DNA of 64,000 nucleotides from an uncultured Lachnospiraceae bacterium (GCA_910587085.1 CAJUMC010000004.1:4583-68582); one strand, 5' to 3'; counted from the stretch's first letter, positions 1 to 8,888 are shown. Numbers and translations are program-made. Notes: generated by a model not told the origin, from the letters alone.

Positions 1-154
1 TTCCAGCCCCGATCTCTTTTTTCAAAATCTTCTCCCTTATTTTCGGCGCGTTTGAGATTCCCGCCGGCTTCGTGCCCCGATGGCAGCCTTCCTGATAATT
101 TCCCTTCTGACACACCACCTGACATCCAGCAAACAGCAAGGCGTGCAGGAACAG

Positions 155-192
155 AAAAAAACGGTACAGCTCTTGCAGTCCGGGCTGTACCG
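155..192 (-). terminator. Rho-independent terminator downstream of tRNA-Leu
   Basis: Perfect 9-bp stem CGGTACAGC (162-170) / GCTGTACCG (184-192) with a 13-nt loop. On the minus strand it is followed by a 7-U run (A155-A161 on the plus strand). Confidence 0.7.
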
Positions 193-273
193 CTTAATCA
201 AAAAACCTGCTTCCTGCAGCTGGAAACCTTGATTTTACTTAATCTTCTACAGTTTGCAGCTGTCTTTGCCTAA

Positions 274-356
274 TGCCGCAGGCGGGACTTGAACCCGCAC
301 GAAGTTGCCCTCGGCAGATTTTGAGTCTGCTGCGTCTGCCATTCCGCCACTGCGGC
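274..356 (-). tRNA. tRNA-Leu (anticodon CAA), 83 nt with a long variable arm; CCA is not encoded
   Basis: The reverse complement reads GCCGCAG-TG-GCGGAATGGCAGACGC-A-GCAGA-CTCAAAA-TCTGC-(variable arm CGAGGGCAACTTCGTG)-GCGGGTTCAAGTCCCGC-CTGCGGC-A. Acceptor, D, anticodon and T stems all pair, and the T-loop is TTCAAGT. Confidence 0.93.
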
Positions 357-385
357 AAAGCGTTGAATTCACGCTTAACATTTAA

Positions 386-414
386 AGTATACTATAATCT
401 TCTACAAAATGCAA
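386..414 (-). promoter_or_regulatory. Candidate sigma-A promoter for tRNA-Leu
   Basis: Minus strand reads TTGCAT (409-414), a 17-nt spacer, then TATACT (386-391). It lies about 25-30 nt upstream of the mature tRNA 5' end. Confidence 0.5.
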
Positions 415-424
415 GCGTTTTTTC

Positions 425-520
425 AACGCATTTGTTTTTTAACGCATTTCCTTTTACTCTGTATTTCCACAATTCTGTATTTCCGTAATTCCGCATTTCC
501 ATTAATTTCGTCAATTCCGT
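425..520. repeat. Tandem array of about 5-6 imperfect 16-17-bp units (core G[C/T]ATTTCC..AATT)
   Basis: Units: AACGCATTTGTTTTTT (425-440), AACGCATTTCCTTTTA (441-456), CTGTATTTCCACAATT (459-474), CTGTATTTCCGTAATT (475-490), CCGCATTTCCATTAATT (491-507), and a partial unit TCGTCAATTCCG (508-519). The array lies between the pilus operon stop (562) and the tRNA-Leu promoter. Confidence 0.75.
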
Positions 521-561
521 TTTTTCCGGCGGTACCTTCTGTCCCGCTGAAATCAGCTGCA

Positions 562-3321
562 TCAATCCAGGAAAAACAGGGCCCGGCGCACAAAGGTCAG
601 GATTCTGCGCTCATCTTTTTTGACCGTGCCGTCCTCCGCCAGCTCATATCCATACAGCTTCTTTACGGAGGAATAGGAGTCCGTGGAAGCATCGTTCCCG
701 GTTCCCTTGTAGTTGTAATGCACCTTCAGGGAAAACTTCAGATCCTCGGTGTTGGAAGTGGCGAGCAAATCGAGCGGCACATCATAATAGTACGGCGTAT
801 CCAGCCGGATCGGTTCAAGCTCGCCGGATTCTGAATTGTAGGCCTGCGTGAATGTAATAACATCCTCCCGCTCCGGTGTCCCGGCAATATCATAGAACGG
901 ATCGCGGTAAATAGTGATCTCCACCAGCGAATCCTTCAGCTTCCGGTTTGCCGAAAGCGACACGTTCAGCCTTACCCTGCCGTAGAGCTGCAGCTCTCCG
1001 GCTCCGTTGTCCACAGTGATGATTTCGCCGGCCAGCGCCGTCTCTCCCTGGTTCTTCGCATCATAGCTTACATTCGAAAAAATATGATCCGCATTCGAGC
1101 CGTTGATCAGCATCTGGATGGAACTGCGCTCCTGATGCAGCAGATAGTAAAGGATATCTGCCGGGGAAATAATCTCCTCGTTTTCAAATTCCATAATCTC
1201 GAACGGCTCTCTGTGATAATCGTCATCCCTCTTCTCAAAGCTGTCGCTGAGGACATTCTGTGTCAGGGAACAGTCGCTGTTGTAGGTAAATACATTGTTG
1301 CGAACCGAAAAATTCAGCTGCCCTCCCGCTGGGCTCGGCGTCAGCATGCTCTGCCGGAACAGCTCATCAATCGATGCATTTGTATTCAGCGGCGAGCCAA
1401 GCTCCTCAAACTGTATAAAGGTATACTGGTTCCAGTACTTTGCGCCGTTCCAGACCTCATCGCTGCTTCCGTATTTACGGATAAAGCTGTCAAAATATCC
1501 GGTTGTCACATTTTTTCCGTTCAGATTTACCGTCGTTTCCTTTACCAGCCCGGTTTCGATGAAATGCTTGTAAAAATACCCCTCCTCCTCGGACTGAAAA
1601 TACACCAGCATCATATAGAGCTTTGCGATATTGTTGATTGTGCCGGATGTCCATGCTCCGTAATACTGCCCCAGACCGTCGCTGTGCTTCCGGAAGCCGC
1701 CAGTCGAGCCCGTGTACGGCGCCGGTGCATTGTTCGCCTTATCGTGACAGGTCACGGAGAACGACATCGGCGCTATATCTGCGTGATCCTCCGGAACCGA
1801 AATCCTCTTCAGCAGCCGGACCGCCGCTTCCCAGGAGATATCGTTCGCCAGGAAATTTCGCGGGTTGTATTTGACGGTATTCAGCTCGGCCGGATCAGGA
1901 GAAAACATACTTTCGCGGTAATACTTCCCCCAGAGATCCATCATGTTTGCAACATGGGCCGCATCCGTAATATTGATAAAATCCGCCGCATCGATCAGTG
2001 TTAAGTTGGCCTCAAGGGTATCCGGCGTAACCGTAATTACGCGGATGCTGTAATCTCTGCTGTCCTCCTCCGTCATGCCGATACCGTGCGTAACAAAATA
2101 ATTTTTGTTGCTGTATTCAAACTCCAGCGGAGCGTAAAACCGGATCTTTGCACGAATCTGATCCGGCGTGCTTCCCGCATAGGAAATTTCAATGGTATCA
2201 TTTTTTACGCCGCCCCCGCGCCGGTAATCCAGCTTTGCATTCTTCGCACCGAGCTCCACGGAAAGGGGAAGCTCCATCACATCCTCCGGCCTATGGTTAA
2301 GCGCCGTGCCGCCCTCACCGTAAAAGTTGGGATAATCAATATACTTGTTATCTTTTAGGGAAAATTTCCAGTCGCCGCCGCTTCCGCAATAAGTAACCGA
2401 AATATTTCTTTCCCATACCGATCCGGTGAGCTGAAAGCTGCCGGATTTATCCCAGACCCGCTCAAATCTTCCAAAGGTTCCGCCGTACTCTCCAAAGGTG
2501 CCTTTGAAATAAGCATAAATATTATTAAAATAATCTTTTTCACACAGATAATGCGATATTTTTATTGTTCCATTCGGCAGAGGCACTCCCGCAGCCTTCT
2601 CCTCGAAGGCTTCCTTATATCCCGGCACATCGGCCGCCCTAACGCCGTAATCCATGCTGCAGCCCGAAAGCCCGGCCACCTGCGAGTCGTTCCTTATGTA
2701 CTCCCCGGCCACCTCATCCGGATATTCCATCACAAAATCGTAGCTTCCACCGGTTCCGACATAAGCTACCCGCAGAGACATATCATCCATCTTCCCTGCA
2801 ATGTTGTATTTGCCCGTGCCGTCCGCAACCCGCTGAAAATATCCGTAGCAGAGCTCGGACTCGTTATCTTTCAGATAACCGGCCGGATAGCCGTCCGATT
2901 CGTACTGGATCTGTTCCCGGTAGTAATCGACATATTTTTCCCGGCCGACCACGGTATAAGCATTGCTGGAACTGCCGGTTTTCACGACGCTGTTGACGCC
3001 GTTCATCAGGCTGTTCACTTCGCTCAGACTGATATATTTCGCCCGCTCAAAATCAACCGGCTCCTGTCCTGCGACCAGGTATCCGATCTCTGCATAGCCC
3101 TCGTAAGGCACGATTTCCAGCACAAGGAACGGGTTTTCTTCCGTTCCGAGATTTTTTGCGCGATCCTTTGTCAGACCGAAGGAAGGCACGCTGATCACAG
3201 GCGCTCCCTCCGCGGCAGGCTCCGCCTTCGTCCTGACATCCGGATCTGCCGCGGTCAGCGCCGTTCCGAACACAGCCGCCGCCAGACATGCAGACAATGC
3301 TTTTTTCCATTGCTTTATCAC
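562..3321 (-). CDS. Large secreted protein of unknown function; last gene of the pilus operon and a candidate non-pilin pilus-associated protein
   Basis: 919-aa ORF with a GTG start preceded by AAAGGAGAG. A GTGA overlap couples it to the upstream pseudopilin gene. N-terminal signal peptide is MIKQWKKALSACLAAAVFGTALTAA. It has no G|FxxxE prepilin motif, no LPXTG motif and no motif I recognise. Confidence 0.85.
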   Translation of the reverse strand: MIKQWKKALSACLAAAVFGTALTAADPDVRTKAEPAAEGAPVISVPSFGLTKDRAKNLGTEENPFLVLEIVPYEGYAEIGYLVAGQEPVDFERAKYISLSEVNSLMNGVNSVVKTGSSSNAYTVVGREKYVDYYREQIQYESDGYPAGYLKDNESELCYGYFQRVADGTGKYNIAGKMDDMSLRVAYVGTGGSYDFVMEYPDEVAGEYIRNDSQVAGLSGCSMDYGVRAADVPGYKEAFEEKAAGVPLPNGTIKISHYLCEKDYFNNIYAYFKGTFGEYGGTFGRFERVWDKSGSFQLTGSVWERNISVTYCGSGGDWKFSLKDNKYIDYPNFYGEGGTALNHRPEDVMELPLSVELGAKNAKLDYRRGGGVKNDTIEISYAGSTPDQIRAKIRFYAPLEFEYSNKNYFVTHGIGMTEEDSRDYSIRVITVTPDTLEANLTLIDAADFINITDAAHVANMMDLWGKYYRESMFSPDPAELNTVKYNPRNFLANDISWEAAVRLLKRISVPEDHADIAPMSFSVTCHDKANNAPAPYTGSTGGFRKHSDGLGQYYGAWTSGTINNIAKLYMMLVYFQSEEEGYFYKHFIETGLVKETTVNLNGKNVTTGYFDSFIRKYGSSDEVWNGAKYWNQYTFIQFEELGSPLNTNASIDELFRQSMLTPSPAGGQLNFSVRNNVFTYNSDCSLTQNVLSDSFEKRDDDYHREPFEIMEFENEEIISPADILYYLLHQERSSIQMLINGSNADHIFSNVSYDAKNQGETALAGEIITVDNGAGELQLYGRVRLNVSLSANRKLKDSLVEITIYRDPFYDIAGTPEREDVITFTQAYNSESGELEPIRLDTPYYYDVPLDLLATSNTEDLKFSLKVHYNYKGTGNDASTDSYSSVKKLYGYELAEDGTVKKDERRILTFVRRALFFLD

Positions 3322-3947
3322 GGTCGATTTCTCTCCTTTCCGTTGAGACTGACAATATCACCTGCTGTTTCACCTCTGAGGCTGATGCAGCTTGTGGTTT
3401 CGTAAATTTTATCGGCATAGACGAAGGTCAGGGTGATGGTGACAAGCTGCGCTTCCCCTTCGGCCGGCCTTGTTTCCGGAGTGACCGAGAAACTGTCACA
3501 GTATTTCGCCAGCAGCGCTTCCGTCCCCGGCGCATCACCCCCGGGCAGTGCGTTCTGTTCCACCGACCGGAAAACAAGACGGCGGTTTTCCTTATCCAGC
3601 CGGAAAATATATTGCTTTTCCGCCGTCCAGACAACCAGCTGCTCCGTTATACCGCCGTTCTTCTGCACGGCGTACTGCTTTGCCTCAATCAGAATATCGT
3701 TCAGCTGATTCATGGCCGTCTGCGCCTCCATCTGAAGCTCGATCTCAATGTTGGAGAGCCGGTAGCTGTTTGAGGCCGAGACAATCAGCCCCGCCGCCGC
3801 TATCATCACCATACTCATAATTGCGATGGCGACCACCAGCTCAATCAGAGTAAAACCTTTATTTCCGGATGTTTTTATCTTACTTATTAATCTATACTTA
3901 AAAATCCGGCATTTTTCAACGGTACGATTTTCTGCCTCCGGTTCCAT
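3318..3947 (-). CDS. Prepilin-type minor pilin (PilW/GspJ-like)
   Basis: Contains NKG|FTLIELVVAIAIMSMVMIAAAGLIV, the class III signal with Glu at +5. The ORF track's longest form starts at a TTG (4061) with no RBS. The ATG at 3947 has AAGGAG about 11 nt upstream and gives an unusually long leader of about 30 aa. The start is uncertain. Confidence 0.8.
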   Translation of the reverse strand: MEPEAENRTVEKCRIFKYRLISKIKTSGNKGFTLIELVVAIAIMSMVMIAAAGLIVSASNSYRLSNIEIELQMEAQTAMNQLNDILIEAKQYAVQKNGGITEQLVVWTAEKQYIFRLDKENRRLVFRSVEQNALPGGDAPGTEALLAKYCDSFSVTPETRPAEGEAQLVTITLTFVYADKIYETTSCISLRGETAGDIVSLNGKERNRP

Positions 3948-3994
3948 CCTACCCGCATCTCCTTTCCGCAGCCGGGATTTTCCGGCTTTGTTTA

Positions 3995-4108
3995 CCTGAA
4001 ATTCTGCCCGGTCCGAAATTCCGTATCTGAAAACTATGTTCAGGCTTTCTGCCGGATTCAAAATTTCGTATTCAATCCCAGTTCAGGCTTCCTGCCGGTT
4101 CTGAAATT
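3995..4108. repeat. Three imperfect direct repeats with a period of about 43-46 bp inside the pilus operon
   Basis: GTTCAGGCTTTCTGCCGGATTCAAAATT (4038-4065) and GTTCAGGCTTCCTGCCGGTTCTGAAATT (4081-4108) are clear copies. A third, weaker copy ends CTGCCCGGTCCGAAATT (4003-4020). Confidence 0.7.
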
Positions 4109-4136
4109 GTACTATGAAACCTGTCCGGACCTTATC

Positions 4137-4652
4137 TCAATTCAGCGAATTCCGCCCTGTCTCCCCGTAAATGACAAGCTCCTTTGCTCTATTCCCTTCA
4201 ATGCGCAAAGAGGTAAAGGCCGGATGCTCTTCATCAAACAGAAACGCCCCCGAGCCCTTGCTGAACTGTATGCGGAACGACTGTGAGGCAGAGATCTCCG
4301 CAATTTCCTCTTCTCCGTTCATCACGGTCAGCCGGAGCGACTTCGGGCCCAGCTCCACACTGCGCTTGACCTCGCCCTCCGTCCGCAGCAGCAATCTCCC
4401 GTAATAGCTTCCGTCTCTCAGGCAGAGCTCCAGTTCCACTCCGCCGTCCACGCGGGACATCGTATCGAGCCTGGTCTGATCCAGCAAGTCAGAAAGCCGC
4501 TTGGCACAGGCGTTTTCCCTCGCTCCCCCGATTGCCGAAAAACCGACCACCATCACCGCCGAAACGATTCCTATAACCAATATGGTAACAATAAGCTCCA
4601 CCATCGTAAAGCCGCGCCGGTCATCCCGGAACCCCTTCGCCATCCCACGCAT
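4137..4652 (-). CDS. Prepilin-type minor pilin (GspH/FimT-like)
   Basis: 171 aa. Leader and motif read MRGMAKGFRDDRRG|FTMVELIVTILVIGIVSAVMVVGF, with Glu at +5. Confidence 0.88.
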   Translation of the reverse strand: MRGMAKGFRDDRRGFTMVELIVTILVIGIVSAVMVVGFSAIGGARENACAKRLSDLLDQTRLDTMSRVDGGVELELCLRDGSYYGRLLLRTEGEVKRSVELGPKSLRLTVMNGEEEIAEISASQSFRIQFSKGSGAFLFDEEHPAFTSLRIEGNRAKELVIYGETGRNSLN

Positions 4653-4713
4653 GCTGCCGACCTTTCCTCTCTGTTTCTTCCGCTGTCCGGCCCCTGTCGG
4701 CCGCAGTGCTCCA

Positions 4714-6894
4714 TCAATTCTTCACCCAGTTTTCCAGCGTGATGGAGATATTTCTTGCCACCGCGGTTTCCTCTCCCGGGCGCGCCGCCAGCAGCGGATA
4801 GTTCTTAAAAAACTTGCTGATCTCCGGATTCTTATCCAGAAGATCCGTGACAAAATCCGTATTTTCATCCGTATCCGCTGCCGCGTCAACATCCCGGAGC
4901 GTCACATTTCCCGTGGCGAGAAGCATTCCGCAAAAGTTCACGCCGGAAAGCTCTACGTCGCCGTTTGCAATAACAATCCCGGAGATATTTTCGCTCTCCA
5001 GACGAACATTCTCATTTGCGATCCGCACCTGGTAAGCCGCATCCTCCGCGCTGCATTTTTCAAATGCGCTGTTGAAATAATAAACCTGTGTACCGGAAAT
5101 CTTTTCCAGCTCACTCATGCGCAGCAGATTCCGCACGGCGCCCTCTCCCTGCGCCCCGATATACTGTTCATCCAGCGCCCGCTTCAGCCCGGAAAACCGG
5201 CGCGCATAATCGCTCTGCCGTAGCATAGCCTCCGCATTGTCAATCGTTCCGGCAATCACCTCGGAAATCGCGTGATCCTGCACCCGGATTACGGTGCCGT
5301 TCGTCTTGATCTTCTCCGATGCTGCCGGCAGAAGGACATCCCCAAGCTCAAGAATATCAGAAAACTGCTTCATCTCGCCTGCGAATGCTTCGCTGAAAGC
5401 CAGGAAATAATTCTCGGCCGCAGAAGCCGTGCGGAACTTCAGGTATATATAGTACAGCGGCTCCGGCTCATTCATAAAGCGCACCGGCACAACCGTACAC
5501 GGCGACGTCGGATTCACATACGGAGCAAGCGACATGCTGCTCTGTGCACCGAACATCTTTTCCGTATCAATCACGGCCGCAATCGACCCTTTCTCTTCTA
5601 TTATCTCATCATATTCTTCTTTCGTCAACGGGTTATGCCCATATTCCCGGATACATTCCTCCGGCATCAGATATGCCAGCTGGTTGCCGCGGTAGCTGAC
5701 CGCCTCGCCCTCAAGAATCTCCGTGTACGATACGGTGCCGGACGATGCGCCGTACAGGCTCGGCACCGCAAGCACGCTGCGTCCCGCCAGCCACAGCATA
5801 TCCAGACCGGACAGATCGAGCGTTGAGCGCCCGGCATTGATCGTGACGGCGCTGCCCTCCGACGGCACCGACGCGCCGGCCACGCTGTGATAGCCGTAAT
5901 ATTCTCCGTCTATTTTAACATAAGAGGAATCGGCCCCGATCGTGAGATCATCCTCGACATGGCATTCCGCCCGCGAAATACGGATGCTCTGCCCGCTGCT
6001 CCCGTCCACGGTCGCAATGCTGCCGGCCCACACTGCAATCTTTCCGAGTTTTCCGCTGCCGATGTCCAGACTGCCGCTCTTTCTCGTTTCCAGCGCATCC
6101 CCCACAATCAGGATATCCGCGTTCAGTGACAGCCCGTAATCTTCCGCCGTCAGGCTTTTTCCCGCATACACATTTCCCCGGATCGAAGATGCCGTGAGAT
6201 GATTTCTGATATTGCCGTCTGCAAGGATCGCGTAGCCTTTATAATTTCCGCCCACCGCGGCCGGCCTCTCCACATCAAGACGGGAAAAGGCCACTGCCAC
6301 GCGGATATCCGTTGTAATCTTCGTCTGATAACCGTTCTCCTTGTAGGACACGCTCAGACCCCGCAGACACAGATCTTCCCCGTCAAGCTCGACCTGCACG
6401 GCCGGGATGCCCTCGCTGCCGCTCAGAAGCTCATAGTCCGTTCCGAAGCCCGCCACGCCGTAAAACAGCCCGTCTTCCGCCGCATCCGTCATAAACCTTC
6501 CGTCGATTTCCGCCGAAAGTCCCGGTGAAAGCTCCACGCCGGTCAGCTTTTCTGCCAGGCTGTCCCGCACGCTCAGCTTTACCGCCGAGGCTGCGTCGCC
6601 GCCGTAGGCGCCGTAATGCGTCAGCGCCCGCGAATACTCTTCTCCAAGCGTATCCTCGGCCAGTTTCTGAAGATTTGCAATAAAAATATCAATTCCGGAT
6701 TCTGTCTCGTAGAAATTTTCCTTTGCGCGCTCGTCCACAAGCTTCATATCCCGGTTCGTTATGGACGCGGCAAGCACGGATGTGCCGAGAATGCCCGCAA
6801 AAACCATGCAGACAATGACAAGAATCAGAGCAGAGCCCCGGTTTTTCCTGTTTTCCTTTTCGCGTCTGAATGTTTCCATTGTCAGCCTCCTCAC
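4714..6894 (-). CDS. Large PilX_N-type pilus-associated protein with a beta-helix-like repetitive body
   Basis: 726 aa. The N-terminus KNRGSALILVIVCMVFAGILGTSVLAAS resembles the PilX N-terminal anchor and has no Glu at +5. The rest contains recurring G-[DN]-[VI]-x-[LI] stretches, for example GIVIANGDVELSGVNFCGMLLATGNVTLRDVD. Confidence 0.8.
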   Translation of the reverse strand: MRRLTMETFRREKENRKNRGSALILVIVCMVFAGILGTSVLAASITNRDMKLVDERAKENFYETESGIDIFIANLQKLAEDTLGEEYSRALTHYGAYGGDAASAVKLSVRDSLAEKLTGVELSPGLSAEIDGRFMTDAAEDGLFYGVAGFGTDYELLSGSEGIPAVQVELDGEDLCLRGLSVSYKENGYQTKITTDIRVAVAFSRLDVERPAAVGGNYKGYAILADGNIRNHLTASSIRGNVYAGKSLTAEDYGLSLNADILIVGDALETRKSGSLDIGSGKLGKIAVWAGSIATVDGSSGQSIRISRAECHVEDDLTIGADSSYVKIDGEYYGYHSVAGASVPSEGSAVTINAGRSTLDLSGLDMLWLAGRSVLAVPSLYGASSGTVSYTEILEGEAVSYRGNQLAYLMPEECIREYGHNPLTKEEYDEIIEEKGSIAAVIDTEKMFGAQSSMSLAPYVNPTSPCTVVPVRFMNEPEPLYYIYLKFRTASAAENYFLAFSEAFAGEMKQFSDILELGDVLLPAASEKIKTNGTVIRVQDHAISEVIAGTIDNAEAMLRQSDYARRFSGLKRALDEQYIGAQGEGAVRNLLRMSELEKISGTQVYYFNSAFEKCSAEDAAYQVRIANENVRLESENISGIVIANGDVELSGVNFCGMLLATGNVTLRDVDAAADTDENTDFVTDLLDKNPEISKFFKNYPLLAARPGEETAVARNISITLENWVKN

Positions 6895-6898
6895 CGCG

Positions 6899-8110
6899 CT
6901 ACTGCGAAATGGATGCGTTCCATTCCGCTAGTCTTTCTCCAGTTGCACTCAGATATACCGTTACCGTTACCTCTGAAAGTCTGCCGTACGGCTTCCGCGG
7001 AAAAAGGGAATTCCCCCCGTCGCTGCCGTTTTCAAACATGCCTCCGCCGCCGACACCCCAGTCGGGGCTGCTGTTCGAGCAGACCGTTACCCGGCTGCCG
7101 GAGGAATCCAGTGCCCGCTCCATCACAGGGCCGGTCAGCTCCAGTTTTCCGCCCGAACCGCCGCCCAGACATTCCGCCGTCTCCTGAACCGCGAGAAACA
7201 GGTTCCATTCCAGAAAGCAGTTTTTCACAATAATCTTATCTGCGATCCGATAGCGCGAAACAGCTCCGGATTCCGTCAGCTCCGCGCTCGCCGGTTCGTA
7301 AAACAGATAAAGGTTCGGCTTTTCCCCGTCCTCCGCCCGTTCGAACGTGAACTCGCTGCGGTAGCCCCGGTGCGAAGAGCCGTCCAGCAGATAATCCAGT
7401 TCGGCTGCCCCGGCATAGCTTCCGTTCTGCTCCTGCCGGATCTCGATCACAAGCTCGCTTGTTATATTGGCCGATATGTAAGCCTGCTCGCTGGTGATCT
7501 GCGCGGCCGTCGGCCCGTCATAATCCTCGTCGTCGGCGTGGGACGCCCACTGTCCGGCCAGCCAGCTGTCGTAAAAGGCGCTTTCGGCAGCCCGGCGCAG
7601 AGAACCGTCCGTCGCTCCCGGCGGACAGATAATCACCGTCTGCTCCGAATCGAGAGCGGTCAGATCCGGAAGCTTGTAATCGTTGATCCCGCTGCTTCCG
7701 TCCGTAAAACTGCTGCTGTCATAGCGCACCGTAACATTGAATTCGTTCATTCCCTCCCGGATGGCGGCGAGATCAAAACCAACCGAGCCGTCGGTCGGAA
7801 TTCTGAGATTCCCCCGCCATCCTGCCGGAAGCAGATTTTTCATTTTCTCTTCCGATACGCCGTTTATCTGTACGCTGTCCTGTACTACATGGAACCGGGC
7901 GTACTCCTTTACGCATTCCATTACGTTCTGGGCAACGATGGTCGCCGACATGGCCCTTCTCGATTTCATATTGATCCGCAGGGACAGCATAAAGCCGCCG
8001 AGCAGAGCGAGCACGGCAATCGACAGTATCATCATGCTCACGATCACTTCCACAAAGGATATGCCCCGGTTATCCGGCCGATGTCTGTTTTTCATGCCTT
8101 TATTTCTCAC
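6899..8110 (-). CDS. Prepilin-type minor pilin (PilV-like) with a large C-terminal domain
   Basis: 403 aa. GTG start preceded by AAAGGAG with a 6-nt spacing. Motif reads DNRG|ISFVEVIVSMMILSIAVLALLGGF, with Glu at +5. Confidence 0.85.
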   Translation of the reverse strand: MRNKGMKNRHRPDNRGISFVEVIVSMMILSIAVLALLGGFMLSLRINMKSRRAMSATIVAQNVMECVKEYARFHVVQDSVQINGVSEEKMKNLLPAGWRGNLRIPTDGSVGFDLAAIREGMNEFNVTVRYDSSSFTDGSSGINDYKLPDLTALDSEQTVIICPPGATDGSLRRAAESAFYDSWLAGQWASHADDEDYDGPTAAQITSEQAYISANITSELVIEIRQEQNGSYAGAAELDYLLDGSSHRGYRSEFTFERAEDGEKPNLYLFYEPASAELTESGAVSRYRIADKIIVKNCFLEWNLFLAVQETAECLGGGSGGKLELTGPVMERALDSSGSRVTVCSNSSPDWGVGGGGMFENGSDGGNSLFPRKPYGRLSEVTVTVYLSATGERLAEWNASISQ

Positions 8111-8141
8111 CGCCGTCTCCTTTCTTCACGATGCGGGGAAT

Positions 8142-8171
8142 CCTGTCCTGCAAAAACCTGTCCTGCAAAAA
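8142..8171. repeat. Perfect 15-bp tandem duplication (CCTGTCCTGCAAAAA x2) in the pilO / minor-pilin spacer
   Basis: Copies at 8142-8156 and 8157-8171. On the minus strand small hairpins precede them (GGCAG-gatg-CTGCC and TCTGC-agggc-GCAGA), followed by a U-run. Confidence 0.85.
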
Positions 8172-8237
8172 ATCTGCGCCCTGCAGAAGGCAGCATCCTG
8201 CCGTTTCCGCCCTGAAAAAATCTTCGGAAAACACCGG

Positions 8238-8888
8238 TCAGTCGCCGCTCCGGAAAATATTTTTGTTGCCGTACCGGATATCGTCAAACTCCGGCGAAGT
8301 ATAAACCTTTTCCGTACCGGTCAGACTGTACCATACCACGGAGAGAGTTCCCGTGAGCAGTCCGTCATCCGCGTGGTATGCCGCTGTCATGGACTGCAGC
8401 GTCATGCGCTCCGGATACCTGGCGATATAATCTATACAGCCCTTCAGCCCTTCGTAGGTGGTGCTGTAGCTGATATGAAACGTGTTTGAATACGCGGAAA
8501 ACGGAAGTCCCGCCTCCCCCATCAGCCAGACCGCCTGATAGAACGGAACGGTATCGCCGAAGTTGATGGAGGAGATCTCCGCGTTATTCTCCCTGCCCAT
8601 ATCAATAAAGAAAAGAATACTCTTTTCCGGCGTTACGCCCGGGCCGAACACTTCCAGTTCCTTTGCGGTCTTCTCGTTATTGGAAATATTTTCCTTCTCG
8701 TAAATTTCCCGGTTTTTAATCTTTCGTTCCAGATCGGAAATCTTGCGCGTCAATTCATCATTTTCCGTCCGCACTGCCTCCGTTTTTTCCGCAAAATTCT
8801 TGTAGCCGAACCAGTACGCAGAAAAAAGCATAAGCACCAGCACAAGCACGCCGAGCAAAAGCTTTTGAGAGTCCGTCGCCTTACTCAT
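8238..8888 (-). CDS. pilO: PilO-like pilus assembly protein
   Basis: 216 aa. It has one N-terminal TM segment (LLLGVLVLVLMLFSAYWFGY), a coiled-coil segment (ENDELTRKISDLERKIKN) and a C-terminal globular part. It overlaps the pilMN stop by 8 nt. Confidence 0.75.
   Translation of the reverse strand: MSKATDSQKLLLGVLVLVLMLFSAYWFGYKNFAEKTEAVRTENDELTRKISDLERKIKNREIYEKENISNNEKTAKELEVFGPGVTPEKSILFFIDMGRENNAEISSINFGDTVPFYQAVWLMGEAGLPFSAYSNTFHISYSTTYEGLKGCIDYIARYPERMTLQSMTAAYHADDGLLTGTLSVVWYSLTGTEKVYTSPEFDDIRYGNKNIFRSGD

Noticed and set aside
1-37. Possible start of a minus-strand gene leaving the window (AGGGAG, 6 nt, then TTG AAA AAA GAG ATC GGG GCT GGA...).
   Set aside because: Only 8 codons are visible, which is too little to support a call. 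The plus-strand ORF 52-273 in the same region has a non-protein-like translation.
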